The translations under genes were made by a program, and so were the position numbers. A stretch of DNA of 57,889 nt, filler included, from Piptocephalis cylindrospora (lineage: Eukaryota), in the NCBI GenBank assembly GCA_003614145.1. It is 2 parts of 2 records of this genome, joined end to end, with 100 filler letters (N's around TTAATTAATTAA, not from the genome) between each part and the next. Parts side by side here need not be neighbours in the genome. Positions count along the whole stretch, not along the records: positions 1 to 29,147 come from KZ987758.1; 1 more part is not named here. One strand, written 5' to 3'. The notes below the pieces were generated by a model. That model had not been told where the DNA came from. It was given only the letters and a program-made list of their open reading frames with translations, and made no database searches. This document shows positions 11,878-24,666 of the stretch, in pieces (the first letter of the stretch is position 1; each line of letters opens with the position of its first letter).

Positions 11878-13049
11878 CAGTCAATTCGAAGAGCAAAAGA
11901 AAAAGGTAGGGAAGAAAGAGAGATTGATAGGAGGGGGCGGGAAGGTCAGGGACTCGGGGAGAAGGTCGTGTTGTTCAGTATGTGGGCGCGTGTGTGTGTT
12001 GTGTGTGTGCTGTGTGTAGTATAGTGTAGTGTGCTTCCCTGCCTATCTTCTTCCCAAGGAGGGCGAGAGTAGGGCTTTTCCAAGTCCATCCCCTCTGGTC
12101 AAACATAGGCAGGGCAAGGTCGGGGCGAGTAGGAAGGAGGAGGACTGGCAGATTGATGCACCGCACCTTGTCCAAGACTAGTGTGCGGACTAGCACGCCC
12201 CTACACAAAAACGCAGCAGCCATGAACGCCTTCGTGTCTCTGGTATTGGCCAAGTCAGGAAGAAGATACTACGGGTAAGATAGGGAGGATTTGGCAAGAC
12301 AAGTGTCTTTTTTGAGCGGCAGGACTTTCATATGGTCTTCATACTTTGCGTGGGTATTCATAATTGTGTGTGTGTGTTGTGTCTGCTAGCCTTTTCATAA
12401 TCATAGACCACACCTCACATAACCCACCTCCCTTTAGTATGGGGATGGGAACCCGGGAAAAAGAAGGTAGGGCGCGTGCAAAGGTCAGCGCTCTGACGAC
12501 GGTTGAACATATCGAGTTTCTCCGGTCGGGCCCATCTAGTGCGCGCGCGCTCTAGTCAGAGCCAAGTGGACTCTGATTCCCTCATGACGAAAAGGTTCAA
12601 AGCGCAGCAAAGTACGTTCAGGCGATACTGGAGAGACCTGGATTATGAGTTGGGTATACGTATCGGTGAATCCGTTTGAGCGCGCTTTTCCTGGACATGA
12701 TCACAGTACGCGTTGTATCAGTACTATAGAGAGGCTTGAGTTGAAGGGGTATACATATAAATAAATCAATTCCAGTCCTAAAAACCAAGCTCAGAATAGT
12801 TAATTGACACCACACAAGATCTCGTCATCAAAACGACGTCTAAATATCTCCAAGCGAATAAAGTGGATCCTCCACGCCTATTACGGCCCTCGGGTGTGGG
12901 AGAGGGGACTGCTGGATCATCCTCACACCTTGCCCTTTATTGTTATCTGTCCTTTCTTTCTCCATCTCATCCCCTCTCATCCCCCGTATCCTTTCTCTTC
13001 CCTTCGTTCTAGAGAAACCAGTCCCTCTCGCTTCCCCCTAGCAGTCAGC

Positions 13050-14739
13050 ATGGTCCGTTTTCAGACCAAAGTTAGGGTAGGTCCGGGAACCTTGACCTTT
13101 TCTCCAGGATACTTAAAGTATGAATGTACCACTGAAGGCTACGCCCTACCTTCATCTCAACCCGTCAACGCCTCAGCTTCTTCCTCATGGGAAGGTGATT
13201 GGTGGCAGGCAGGGGCCTGGGTCGCTACTCTCTGCTCCCCACTCGCATGTTGCCTCACACTGGGGGCGCTCCTGACCCAGCTCTACTCCTTACTCCACTG
13301 GGCTTTTGCGACTGCATCCCCAGGGGGAGAGGGACAGGATACCGTCCCAACCATCCCAATTCTTCCCTTGATCCCAGGGTGGACCATCCCCGGCTATCAT
13401 GCTCCCGTCGTCCTGGGCGCCCTCCTCCTCACTGCTCTGGTCCACGAGGCAGGCCATGCCCTGGCTGCCCGACACGCCATGGTTCCCGTTCGTAGTTATG
13501 GTCTCTTCCTCCTCCTCCTCTTCCCTGGGGCCTTTGTTCGGCTGGATGAGCCCTCTCTCACCTCCCGGGGACCGCTAGCTCAATGGAGAATTGCTGCTGC
13601 GGGAATTTGGCATAATCTCCTCCTCCTCCTCCTGGCCTCCCTTCTTCTCATGGGCCAATGGACTGATCATCTTTCTGTCGGCCTTGGGGCATACCGTTGG
13701 GTACAGGATGGGGCTGTGGTCATTTCTGTAGATTCGGTAAGTCGTGTTGTCTCGGCTGCTCTAGGGTATGTGTGAGGCCTCGCCGCTCATATTGCCCTAC
13801 TCCCCCCAGTCCTCTGCCCTTTCTTCTGCCCTTCCCGTAGGGTCGATCATCCGACATCTGGATGATGCACTGATCACCAGTGTGGAGGATTGGCATCAGC
13901 GGTTACGAGAGGCCCCAGTACGTAGAAAGGGCTATTGTGCTACTCTGCCAGACCCTCCTCAAACCGGCCCTTCCCTCTCTTGTTGTGACATGGATCGGGA
14001 TCATCCTTTTGGTCGATCAGTCAATGAATCAGAGAGCTGCTTTCTTCCTCGTGGTTCTGACCCCTCCAACCACCTCAATTACTGTTTATCCACCTATTCA
14101 GTCCTCAAGGCATCCCGGTGCTCCAGTCCCGAGGATTGCCCTGGATACCCAGCTTCTCAGTGTGTCCTACCATCTGATCCCGAACCAGCCGGGAAGGTCT
14201 CCCTGATCCGATATACCCGGCCACTTGCTGAGAGAGGGGAGGAAGATCAGTACTGTGTTTATCTGGGAGCTCGCAGAGACATTACCAGGGCAGGTAAGTG
14301 CATTTTAATGAGACTTCCCTCTCCCCCCCTCTCTAACACAGCACACGCCTTTTCCCACCGGATGAGTAGTAGAAGTGTATTGGTTGGAGCCTCGAGCCTC
14401 TTGGATCCCTGCATGGTTACCTAGGCAATGGGAACTTTTCCTTCGGTATAGACCTCTTTCTTGAGGAGTAGAGTTCATGCGAGACCCCAACTCATTCATC
14501 CTCATCCTTTAAATCCCCATCTCAGATACATCATATTACTCAACCTTTCCTTTGCCCTCTTCAACGCCCTTCCCATTCAGCATCTGGATGGAGAAATGCT
14601 CCTTTTAGCCTTTTTTCATTATCATCGCACTTACGAGGACCATACCCCTCCATGGGTTTCCCCACTCTCCACGGGCATTTCCCTTATCCTTATCCTATCT
14701 CTGGTTATTAGCGTGCTGCAAACCCTTTTCTTTTTATAA
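13050..14739 (+). CDS. Site-2 protease (peptidase M50, MBTPS2/Stp1-like), 4 exons
   Basis: HEAGH zinc motif within a transmembrane segment, FPGAFV, IAAAGIWHN, a PDZ-like/Cys-rich lumenal insert and C-terminal NALPIQHLDG. Confidence 0.92.
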
Positions 14740-14894
14740 TAAGAGGAAATGAGGGGATTTCTTTCCTGTCTGTATGCCATATAGTATCCTTTCAACATTA
14801 CAAATGCCCTCTTATCCATGAACCATGCCCTGATCAAGAGAAGAAATAATTCATTCAATCATACACTTCATCCACTCTTCCCTCCTCCCCCCTA

Positions 14895-16917
14895 TCACAC
14901 CTCATCCTCAGGATCTGAAAGGGTAGGACGGGTCAGGGTAAGGCGTCGCTTCGTAAACCCACCTCCAACCTGACTCCAGCCATGATGATCCCCACTGCCC
15001 GAGGGCATATGTCCCATGAGTCGTGTATCATCCAACTCTCCCCCAAGGCCACTCCTTGATTGTCCCATCATCATTCCCCCCTCCCCACCCCATCCGTCTT
15101 CATCTCCCTCACCGGTTAGAGTGGGCCCCATCGTGACAAAGACCTCAGCCACCTCAATATCCCTGCTCTCCCCGCTAATGTAATCACTGACCCGGACTCC
15201 GCTGACTGTGTGGAGGCCTGGGGCCAGGGGAAGGAACTCGAGCGTGCACTCCACGTCCCCTTGGGGTCTCACTTCCCCCAGAGCCCGACTGGCCTGGCCT
15301 CGCATCAGGACAGCCCCCATCTTGGCCTTGACCGCCGACAGTTGAAGTTTCATCGGGGCATCCGTCCGGTTGAAGATCCGTAGATCAATGGTAAAAGGTC
15401 TCTCCACCTGCACATCATCCTGCACTCGACGGGTAATCACCTGGATGGCATCCGCAACTGGGACACGTCGAGTCAATTGGGACGTCTGAAGTCGACCCGT
15501 CTCCCCAAAAGAAAATCGCCACACAATATCCAACTTGCCAAGAGCATTGGAGGTGAGGGCGTTGGCGACGGATAAGTCGTCCTTGGGATGTAGTAGGTAG
15601 AGGTACTGTCGGACATCCCCTGGGAGCAAAAAGTTCGTGTCACCAAAGATGTGCGCTACCTGCTCCGGAGCCTTGACCGCATGTGCCGGATCATTGGAGA
15701 GTATGGGCTCCTTGGGGATCCCTGGTCCCACGGGGGAATCAGGACTGGAATCCTCCTCAGATTCAGATCCAGACTCGGACTCGGAGGCTTCTTTGCTCTT
15801 ATCCGAGCCTTCTCCTTCCTCCCCCTCATTAGACTTAGACTCGGCCTTTCCTTCTTCCTCAGGGTCATAAATCGATACTTTCTTCCCCTCCACCGAGCTA
15901 CGCTTCCCTTGGACCTCTAGGGTGTCTGAGGTCTCTCGTGGGCGCTGAGAAGATCTGCGTCTGTGAGGCATGGAGGACATGCGACGACTGGCTCTACGAC
16001 TCTGGGGTCCCTGGACGGCCTCGGCAGGATCCAGTCGGATGTTAAGATCCCGGACGGCAAAGGGTCCTGCAGGATCCAAATTCAGTTTTTCCAAGCACAT
16101 TGGGTCCTGCGTGATGTTTTGAACCTAATCATTTCCCCCATGATTTCATGGTCAAGATGGAGTGAGTCTGTAGAGTCGAGTATGCAACGAGAAGAAAAGA
16201 AGAAGCATCCTCCATCCTTACCTGAACCTCAAGGAAAACGCGTGCATCCAACCGGGAGTTCACCTTGGTCTTGACAGCAAGAGGGTTCAGCACCTGGAAT
16301 TTATAAAATTTTCTAAAGGATCGACGTTCGTCCCGGCTCTGGCCCGTGGTCCCCAATTGCTTGGCTGTGTACTGAACAGAGCATACAAGAACGTGAACCC
16401 CTAGTTCCTTAACCTCATGCTTGATCAGATACTCGGTCAGGGCTTGAGGTGGCATGACTGGCGTGGGGCTGTCGGCTGTGTCAATAAGAATGAATCGCTG
16501 CGTCGACGTCTGCAATTCGGCCTTAATCACCACATCTCTAGCGGCTTCCCGTGCCGAGTCATTCGTCATGCTTAAGTAAGCCGGGAAAGACTCCCCAAGG
16601 TAGATGGCGCCAAAGCTTGTGGGTAATGCGAGCTGCGATTCTGGGAAGGCAGGTGGGTGGTCTGTGCCTCCCGATAACTCCCTCTCCACTCCAGAACTTT
16701 CCTCGGGCATCATTGAATACTTGCTCAGAGTGTCCCTCTGGTGTAGGCCAAGGGAGTCAAAGTCCGTGGGAGGTAACGTGTCCGCCAAGGTTGGGAGTGT
16801 GGGTCTGGAAAGACGCATCACGCGAAGACTAATCTGCTGGGGCGCCTCCGAAGGCGACTTGGGTGTGGCTGCTGCTGCTGCCGCGGAAATTGCCTGCTGC
16901 TCCGCATAGCTGGTCAT
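14895..16917 (-). CDS. TRAPPC13/Trs65-like trafficking protein (DUF974), intron 16125-16221
   Basis: LRVMRLSRP, LPTSFGAIYLGESF, EVKELGVHVLVCSVQY, FRKFYKFQV and LGKLDIVWRFSFGETGRLQTSQL are characteristic of TRAPPC13. Confidence 0.9.
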
Positions 16918-17309
16918 GCTAAGACTTGACGGGCTGAATGGTGATGAAGGAGGGGAAGAGGGGTGGGAGAGAGAGAGAGAAAGGAGGGCAGGAAAAGGCG
17001 GGACTAATGAGCATACCATGAATGGCGGGGTTTTATCTCCAGAATGGATGGGTGAGACTCTGGTCTGGCCTAGTGCGGTGAGGGTAGGCGCGTCTCATTC
17101 CCCGATCGTGCTGCCGCACTTGGAATGAGGACGCTCTCAAGGCTTTTTACATCAAGGGGGGAATTGTAGGTGAAAAGGATGGATAATGTATTGAAAAATA
17201 ATACTTGATGAATTGCGGTATGGGGCCTCCCTAGCCACATGGAGATATGTTGCATGACAACGGTACACTAAGAGAAATGGCGATACAGGGCCCTGGCCAT
17301 TTCCGATGG

Positions 17310-18785
17310 TCAGAAAAAGGCAGTGCGACGTCGAGTCCGACCGACCAGAGAGTAAACCGTAAGGGCCCCAAGGGACAGGATCCACCAGGGAATGGGAGAT
17401 CCCATCCAAGAGCAAAGAATGATACTGGAACCGTGATTCCAAAAAAAGGACCCAAGGATAGGGGCAATAATGCGAGTAAGGGCAAGGAGACTTGTCGCCG
17501 CCCCATGAATCATCCCAAGCCTCCCTGCTCTTCTGGCCATTTCCAGGACTAGCAGGCTCGAGGACGCATAGGACATGGTATGTCCCCAGAATTTAGCCGT
17601 CATAATAAGTAGAAGGGCTGGCCACACCCACAGGCTTCCGACGAGCATTCCCACCCAGGGTAGAAAGAAATAGATCAAGGCTAGGAGACCCATGCTCGTC
17701 CGGTAAATAATACGAGTGCCGTACTCACTTTCCATTCTAGGAAATAATGGGAGTTGGGCTACAAGGACGATCATTGAAAGAATCATGAAGACCAGCCTCA
17801 TGCCATGCGGCCCAACGCCTAGGTCACTAAGCATTGGAAGAGTAGACGTTCTAGCTGAACAGAATATCTCAGCAATGAGAGGAAGCAGAAGGGATAGCCC
17901 CAGGTACATCAAGGTGTATCGATGACCAGGTGGCGGAGTCCAGGATTTGCACTTGGGCCAGGCATGAAGAGGAAATGGTCGATCCAGAGTAGATGAGACA
18001 CACATCGAGCCATTTGCAGACACCTCGTCAAACATTGGAGCCTTTTCCATGGTGATGGGAGGAGGCGACTTATGAATGGTTTGAGCCTTTCTCCATCCAG
18101 GATGAATAAGACTTTCCCTCAGGTAGAATAGGGTCGCTAAGAAGCCCATCAGGCTCATCAAGAGAGAGACAAGGCAAAGGGCTAGGGAGGGATGGGGTAG
18201 CCCCGTAAATGAATGAGATAGGCCATCTGGTTCGCCCAGAGATTGTGTCCTTTTCATCAAGTCCCTAAGAACAGAACCTATGATTACGGATAGCCCAGAT
18301 ACAAAGGCAAGTAGGGAGATGGCCTGGCCTTGGTTTGATCCGTTGCTCAGATCTCCCAAGGAGCTATTCGCCACCCCAAGTGTACCGTGGAAAAGGCCAC
18401 ACATGGCCCGAGTTACAATAACCTGAGGAAGGGAGATGGAAAAGGAGAAGAGAAGGATGGAAGCTGCAGATCCTAGATGACCAGCGAGAAGGATTGATCG
18501 TCGACCCACTCGATCACTCAGCGCTCCCCATGCGACCCCACTGATCATCTGGGCCAATGGATAGGCAATAAATACCCATTGGGCATACATCTCTTTTCCC
18601 TGAACATCCTGATAATGCCCACCATGGACCAAGGAACTACCGATGGGAGAGACGATAGAAAAAACCAATGGTTCGGTGAAATGGGCAATCAGTAGGATAA
18701 GAACACTTCTTCTGGGTAAGGGTGTTTGCGTTGGAGGAAGATAATTAACTAGCTCTGACAAAGCGGCCATATCATTTTTGTCCAT
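17310..18785 (-). CDS. MFS transporter (DHA1/ZIFL-like), divergent
   Basis: MFS motif A WGALSDRVGRRSIL and about 12 hydrophobic segments; the likely start is the ATG at 18785. Confidence 0.88.
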   Translation of the reverse strand: MDKNDMAALSELVNYLPPTQTPLPRRSVLILLIAHFTEPLVFSIVSPIGSSLVHGGHYQDVQGKEMYAQWVFIAYPLAQMISGVAWGALSDRVGRRSILLAGHLGSAASILLFSFSISLPQVIVTRAMCGLFHGTLGVANSSLGDLSNGSNQGQAISLLAFVSGLSVIIGSVLRDLMKRTQSLGEPDGLSHSFTGLPHPSLALCLVSLLMSLMGFLATLFYLRESLIHPGWRKAQTIHKSPPPITMEKAPMFDEVSANGSMCVSSTLDRPFPLHAWPKCKSWTPPPGHRYTLMYLGLSLLLPLIAEIFCSARTSTLPMLSDLGVGPHGMRLVFMILSMIVLVAQLPLFPRMESEYGTRIIYRTSMGLLALIYFFLPWVGMLVGSLWVWPALLLIMTAKFWGHTMSYASSSLLVLEMARRAGRLGMIHGAATSLLALTRIIAPILGSFFWNHGSSIILCSWMGSPIPWWILSLGALTVYSLVGRTRRRTAFF

Positions 18786-19952
18786 AGGGCTAGAATGTCT
18801 AATGATGGTATATGAAGAGAAAATATGGGGGGATTCGAGATAAGATGAGCCAATATAAAAAAAGTACGAAAAGTAAGAATAAAGGAAGAGGTAATAGGGA
18901 GGGTATGGTGTATAATCGAAAAGGAAAGATGGTTCCAAACGGGAAATTAAGGATTTTGCTTGACGACGTCGTCGTATTTATACCACTACCCCGTGATATT
19001 CTGTTTTCCTGGATGACGAGGGGTCGATGGTCGACAATGCATACTCGGCCAGGGCTGTCCGTCATCGGGGGATGAGGAAACAGGGGTGTGGGGTTGGTAT
19101 GGGATGGGTATCTCCTGGTAGCCCATGATCATAAGATAGACCTGGAAGGATGTCGCGGATGGGTTCGTTTTGCCATGAAGAGCGAGCTAGTACCATCTCA
19201 TGATCGAGTACAGGATGCATGGAGGAAATGTGCTATTATTCAAAGTGGGTCAAATGGATGCAGGCCGTATCTTTGTATGCCTGTTGTATGTGGACTGGAA
19301 CGAGGGTGGCCCCAGGAGTGGTCAGTGACGTGCACACCCCGGGGATGACGGAACGACGACGGTATTATTCAACTGGGTCCATAATCTCAAGCGGGTGGTG
19401 ATGCCTCACCAATCCTTGCAGGTGTCAATGGTATCCCTGGGGCCTGATGCATCCCTTTATCCTGAAAGCATCTTCCCAGTAAGGGGAAGATCCTTTAGAG
19501 CACAAGGGTAACTGGTATTCCAGGGAGAATACATTACATCTCTTGGCTTTAGTGTGCTCCGCGCCTTGAGTGTCCTTCTAACATGGGCTGCGTCATCCCA
19601 TACTAAGCTGCTCAATAGGAGTGTGCATGTGCTTTGATGTTGTAAGTTGGTCCCATTATCATGCCTCTCGCTCGTTACAATGAAAGATTCTATATTTGAA
19701 CAGAGCCATACTAAGGTATTTAAAAGTCACTAGCAATCGCTATAGTATTAGTACTAGTAACTGACCTGGTTGCACAACCCGTCTCTCCCCCTCGATCATG
19801 CGGCTTGCAATGACCAATACGCAACGCGCTATTATTGTTATTGATGTTATTGAGATTTGATCGGTCAATGCCCATCGCCCACACACACACGCCCTTTCTT
19901 CCTTCCATTCTACCCTTGTGTCTTAACGTCCTCTTGTTTTCCAGCTCATACT

Positions 19953-22596
19953 ATGTCCCCTCCAACGTCTTATACAACAGCCCTAGAGAGTGATGAGAGC
20001 GAAACAGAGCAGCTGATGCACTTGGACCTGGAGGAGGACGATCCCGAAGATGTACTTGATTTGGGCGCCTCTTTTCCTCCCGATCTGGCATTGCCGTCCG
20101 GTGTTCAGTAAGTGGCTTTTATAACTGGGGATTCTCGGTGATGAGAGGTTTGCAGATCTGATGTCCCCCACTTACACTTGCCCCCCCTCCCCCTGTATGA
20201 CAGTACAGCAAAGCAGCTGGTGGACAAGATGGTGATGTCACCCGTAGACGCTGAGCAGGGCTCAGGACCATCTTTTGTGCTTGATGGCATCTCTCTTCCA
20301 TCAGATAAGGAAGCGAGGAATACCAATGATGATGGAAAAGTGATCATGGATGAGGACAATGTCCCAAAGGCACGTTCATCCTCAAGAAGGGGCCGAGCGC
20401 CCGATCGATTCACCCCATCCACTGCTTTGCCTACGAAGGCAGTAAAGATCGCCAGAATAGATAAAACGATGAAAGACGCCGTGGAGAAAGCTTCTTGTCA
20501 TCGGGAAAAGACGAAATCCTCCCTGAGCACCTCAATATTGGAGACTCTAGTTCGGGAGAAGAGAGAGGCCACGCAGAAGATCAGTGGTAGAGTGATGGAC
20601 TGGACAACAGAGGGGTCAGAGGAGGTCAGCGTGGGACATTTGCTTCGAGAAGATCCATATGTCGTCGGTCTGGGCCAAGATGGACCCGTGGATATGGAAG
20701 CATCCTTTACTCAAGGTTCTCGAGGGAGCCATGAGAGCAAAGATGAACCAGGGTCCTCCCATGAACCCGATAAGCAGAGTCTTCTGGCCAAGCCCTTACT
20801 TTCCCCAAAAAGCATTTTCTCCCCAGCACGCATCCCATACTCTCATCCTTCCCTCGCCTTCACCTTACCTTTATCCCCTGGACGAAAAACACCCAAGGTC
20901 GAGTACTTTACCCGTAAGGTGATTGAAGCATCCCGCTCCACCGAAGCCATTCGGTCTTTGGCCAAAGATTCCAGACACCATAAGGATCAGTCCTTAGACT
21001 GGAGAATCTCTCAAGGGTGGGAGTATCCTGCTCCGCTTGGTGACTGGCTCATTCGCCTAGGTAAATGGGAGAGAAGAATGAGAAGGATGCAATTTTTCTA
21101 CTCACCTATCTCTCCTCTCACTGTTTTTACTATGAACACTCTAGTCTGCTATTCCCAGGAAACTATTGTGGTTGAATGGGCATTGGAAGGGCTCAAGAGT
21201 CTGATCAAGACTGAAAGGCGCGAAGAAAACCAACGTCTGGATGGAGAAATGGGCATAGAAAAGGAAAATATCATGGGTGAGAGGGAGGCGGATGAAGATG
21301 AAAAGGAAGCAGAAGTGATTGTGGTAGAGATGCCAAGAAAAACGATAATTGGGGAGGCAGAGGACTTGTTGTATGATCTACTCGTGAGCCTAGGAGCCCT
21401 TCCCCCGGCTTCGGTATTTGACGTTAAGGGTAAATCCTCTGCCTGGGGAAGACAAAGTATCCCTAGGAGGACTGATGGCACTCATGAGGATAAGAAGGAA
21501 GAGCCCCGGATAAAACTAACCAAAAGACTGGGTTATGTTTTGGACATTGTATTTTCCAGCGCATCACTGGCGCTGAACATCCAAGGCACCTTCTCTTGGA
21601 CAAAGCCCTTTGAAGGGAAGGAAAAAAAACTCTTGAGGATGAGCCGTGGAATGCTGATCCTAATGCACCTAAGGATGGATCCCATCTCTGAGCCCCATCT
21701 CATTGCTATCCAGAAGATTGCTTCCTTGTGGATAGCCCAAGCTAAGGAGCTGGATGGGATGGGATGGATGGTGGAATGGTTACAGCGGCACTTACTGTAC
21801 TCTTGCGTGGAGACGGAGATAGAAGAGGAGGGGGATGAGGCTCGTCGTAGCCGCTTACGCGTTTACGCCGTGGTACTAGACGTTCTTTCTCCACTCTCTA
21901 CCGTGTCGAGCCTGATGAGACGATGGTTTTCCTGGATGGGCCTTCAAGAAGAGCTGGTCCATGCTAGGGGGGCTTCTGAACCCCAAGGGATTTGCCCTCT
22001 CGATGGTGATCCCGTCAAGGCTCAAGCTGCCTTCCCCTCCTCCACCAAAAGCACGTATGGTTGGCTTGAAAAAATTCTCCAAGATTATTTAGGAAAGGTT
22101 CCGACGGAGGATACGGATTATCTCTGGCTCGAGGCGGTCGTCCGTCTAGTCGATGGAATCCTTAGCCCATCGTCCGGGAAGCTAAATGAGAGTGAATGGA
22201 CTGTCGATGCTCAATCCTCCTCTCTCTCCCGAATTATCGGATCCCTACGTCGACTGGATGGAGCTATCCGTAAGTGATTGCCTTTGATGGAATGGACGTG
22301 TCCCTGTGCAACTCATCATCCATCATTGTTTCCTTCCGATCCTAGAGGACCCGATGGGAGTATTTCCACAGCGTCAGCGGGTTAAAGAATGTCTTCAACA
22401 CCTATATATTCGATTAGATTTGCAACAGCGTCGACTTACTCTCCCAGGTCCTACCAAGCAATCCGCTCTTCCGTCCCCTGCATCGACTGAGGAGACAGAA
22501 GAGGGAAAGGCCGATCAGACTCTGGCATCTATCCTTCCCCGAGACACACGGTCCGTTGTGGATCAGCTTCCAAGTGTTTGGGCCGGGATGGTCTAG
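19953..22596 (+). CDS. Putative SLF2/FAM178/Nse6-like Smc5/6 loader protein (introns ~20108-20156, 21061-21144, ~22270-22346)
   Basis: Acidic disordered N-terminus and helical C-terminal domain ending LRRLDGAI..DPMGVFPQRQRVKECLQHLYIRL, which resembles the SLF2 C-terminus; recognised from memory, not searched. Confidence 0.55.
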
Positions 22597-22847
22597 CAGT
22601 GCGGGAGATGCTCTCATCCATCCTAACGCACTCACTCATGTACAATGTGCTTCTCCAGTGTGCGGGGGGAAGGGGGGAGATGGTGATGCATACCTGAATA
22701 ATACCTATTCAGCAAGAGAGAAAAGTGAGAGGGGAAAGACCCTAAAAGAGCAACATGTTGCACGAGTGTATTGTCAAGGGCAATGTGGAAAAAAAGGTTT
22801 CATGGGAAGGAGAAGAGTGCGGGGAGAAGAGTGCGGGGAGAAGGAGC

Positions 22848-23705
22848 TTAGTTGAAGAACCGACGGGAGGGGGAGTGGCCGTACAAAAGGACACGGATTT
22901 CCGGGAGCAGCTGAGGAATGAGGAGGGTGTGAGATGAGGATAAGGAGGCATAAAAAGATCGACTTTCCACAACACAAGATCAATTCCTACCTGATCCTTG
23001 AGGAGGTCCAACCGACTGTCCAGAGTATTCTGACAGGTGATGCGGCCATAATAAGCAGTAACAATGACGCCACCAGCAGAGGAGGAGGGAAGGGGATTCT
23101 TGGTGTCGATGGTGGCGGCGACAGTGCGGTTCAAGGCGGCAGTGTAGAGCTTCTTGGCCTCGGTAATAGCACCTTCAACAAGGGGCTTATCCTCCTGACG
23201 GCACTGCACAACGACCTCTTCCTCCATAAGGGCATAGAAGCTCTGGAGAAGGAGATCGCGCAGAAGGGTACGGTAGGCCTTTTCATTAGAAGTAACCTTC
23301 TTCAGCTCACCAGTGGTTTTCTCAAAGAGCGTCTGCAAGAGCTGCTCCCGCTCCTCCAGGATGGACAACCTGGCCTTGTTAACCTGATGCGACTGGTTAC
23401 TATTGGAAGGCGAGAGGAGAAAGGAGAAGGATAAGTGATAGACTAGGTGACTACTGAGCTTCCCTTGTCAGATATACGTACATCTTACGCTGAATCTCGG
23501 CTTGCTTGACTCGACGTTGAGCATTGGCCTCGATGTTGGTGGATTCTTGTCGGACCAACTTAGCCTTTTCAATGGAAAACTCTTCATCAGCCTTGACCTT
23601 GATCTCTCTGGCCTTTTCCAGGGCTTCCTGCTTGATGAAGGCCACCATCTTCTTCATCTCGGAGTAGACCTCTTCGTCATTGAGGGCACGCGCGGGAGTG
23701 GACAT
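22848..23705 (-). CDS. VMA4: V-type ATPase V1 subunit E (3 exons)
   Basis: MKKMVAFIKQEALEKAREIKVKADEEFSIEK; GGVIV...ITCQNTLDSRL; last exon LLPEIRVLLYGHSPSRRFFN. Confidence 0.96.
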
Positions 23706-24342
23706 TGTGAGTGGGGAGTGGGGAGAGACAAGGGTGGGGGAAGGGAAGGAGGTAGAGTCGTTGGACAAGGGCTTGGCTGTCGAAACAGGAATAGAAGGAT
23801 ATGAAGGGAGAGGTGGAGGGAAGAAAGGGGAAAGGAGACCGATGAGCAGGGCCAAAGTAGCCTGCCCCAGCCCTCCTCATGACCCGCACCCTCTCACTCT
23901 CTGTGGCCGTCTCCGCCAGGCTCACCAAACTTACTTGGGCGGCGGACTTTAACTGGGGAGCGTGAAAGAGGCAGGGGAGAGGACTCCACGAGGCAAGGAT
24001 GGAGCAGGGGAGGGGGGTGGAGTCGGAGATGGATGAAGAGGCAAGTGGGTGGGATGGAGAGGGGGGATTGGGCAGGGCAGAGGCAGAGGTGAGGGAGGAA
24101 GTATGATACAGAAGATGGATGAGGGAGGGGGAAGCGGTGTGTTGTTATTGAGTCCAGCTTTGCCCTATGAATCAGGGAAGGGGGGTTTCTTTGTGGTAGG
24201 TCATGTATATAGAGGTGAACAGCTCTGACAGGCATTGTAGGATCTGCTTGCAGAGGCCAGAAAGGGGGATAAGTAGATGAAAACTAGCAAATAGAGTTCA
24301 TGTTTTCAAAAATACACCAACGGGAGAAATGACGAGTTTCAT

Positions 24343-24409
24343 CCATCATTCATGCATACATTTCGCTGTTTACCACCATCATTCATGCATACAATTTCAC
24401 TGCTTATCA
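24343..24409. repeat. Imperfect ~33-bp tandem duplication (non-coding)
   Basis: CCATCATTCATGCATACA(A)TTTC(G/A)CTG occurs twice in tandem. Confidence 0.7.
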
Positions 24410-24666
24410 TGCATGACCCATACAGGAACCACACACGCACTCCTTAGAGGACGACCATCAGCCTTCTAATAATATTAACGCAACTACGCAACTTCCCCTC
24501 CTCCCCCAGAAGACAGATATCCATCTGAAAAGGGTCAATTTCAGTGACAAATATAACACATACTCAGAAATGGGGATTAAGAGAGAGAGAGAAAGAACGG
24601 CCAACTTTATAGACAAGATGACATGCACCTCACACTCATACACGCCTCTCTAGATGGTCAGAGAGA

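Noticed and set aside
12681..12696. Exact 16-mer TCCAGGAAAAGCGCGC shared in inverted orientation with ~46746-46761
   Set aside because: About one 16-mer match is expected by chance in 58 kb across both strands, and the similarity does not extend
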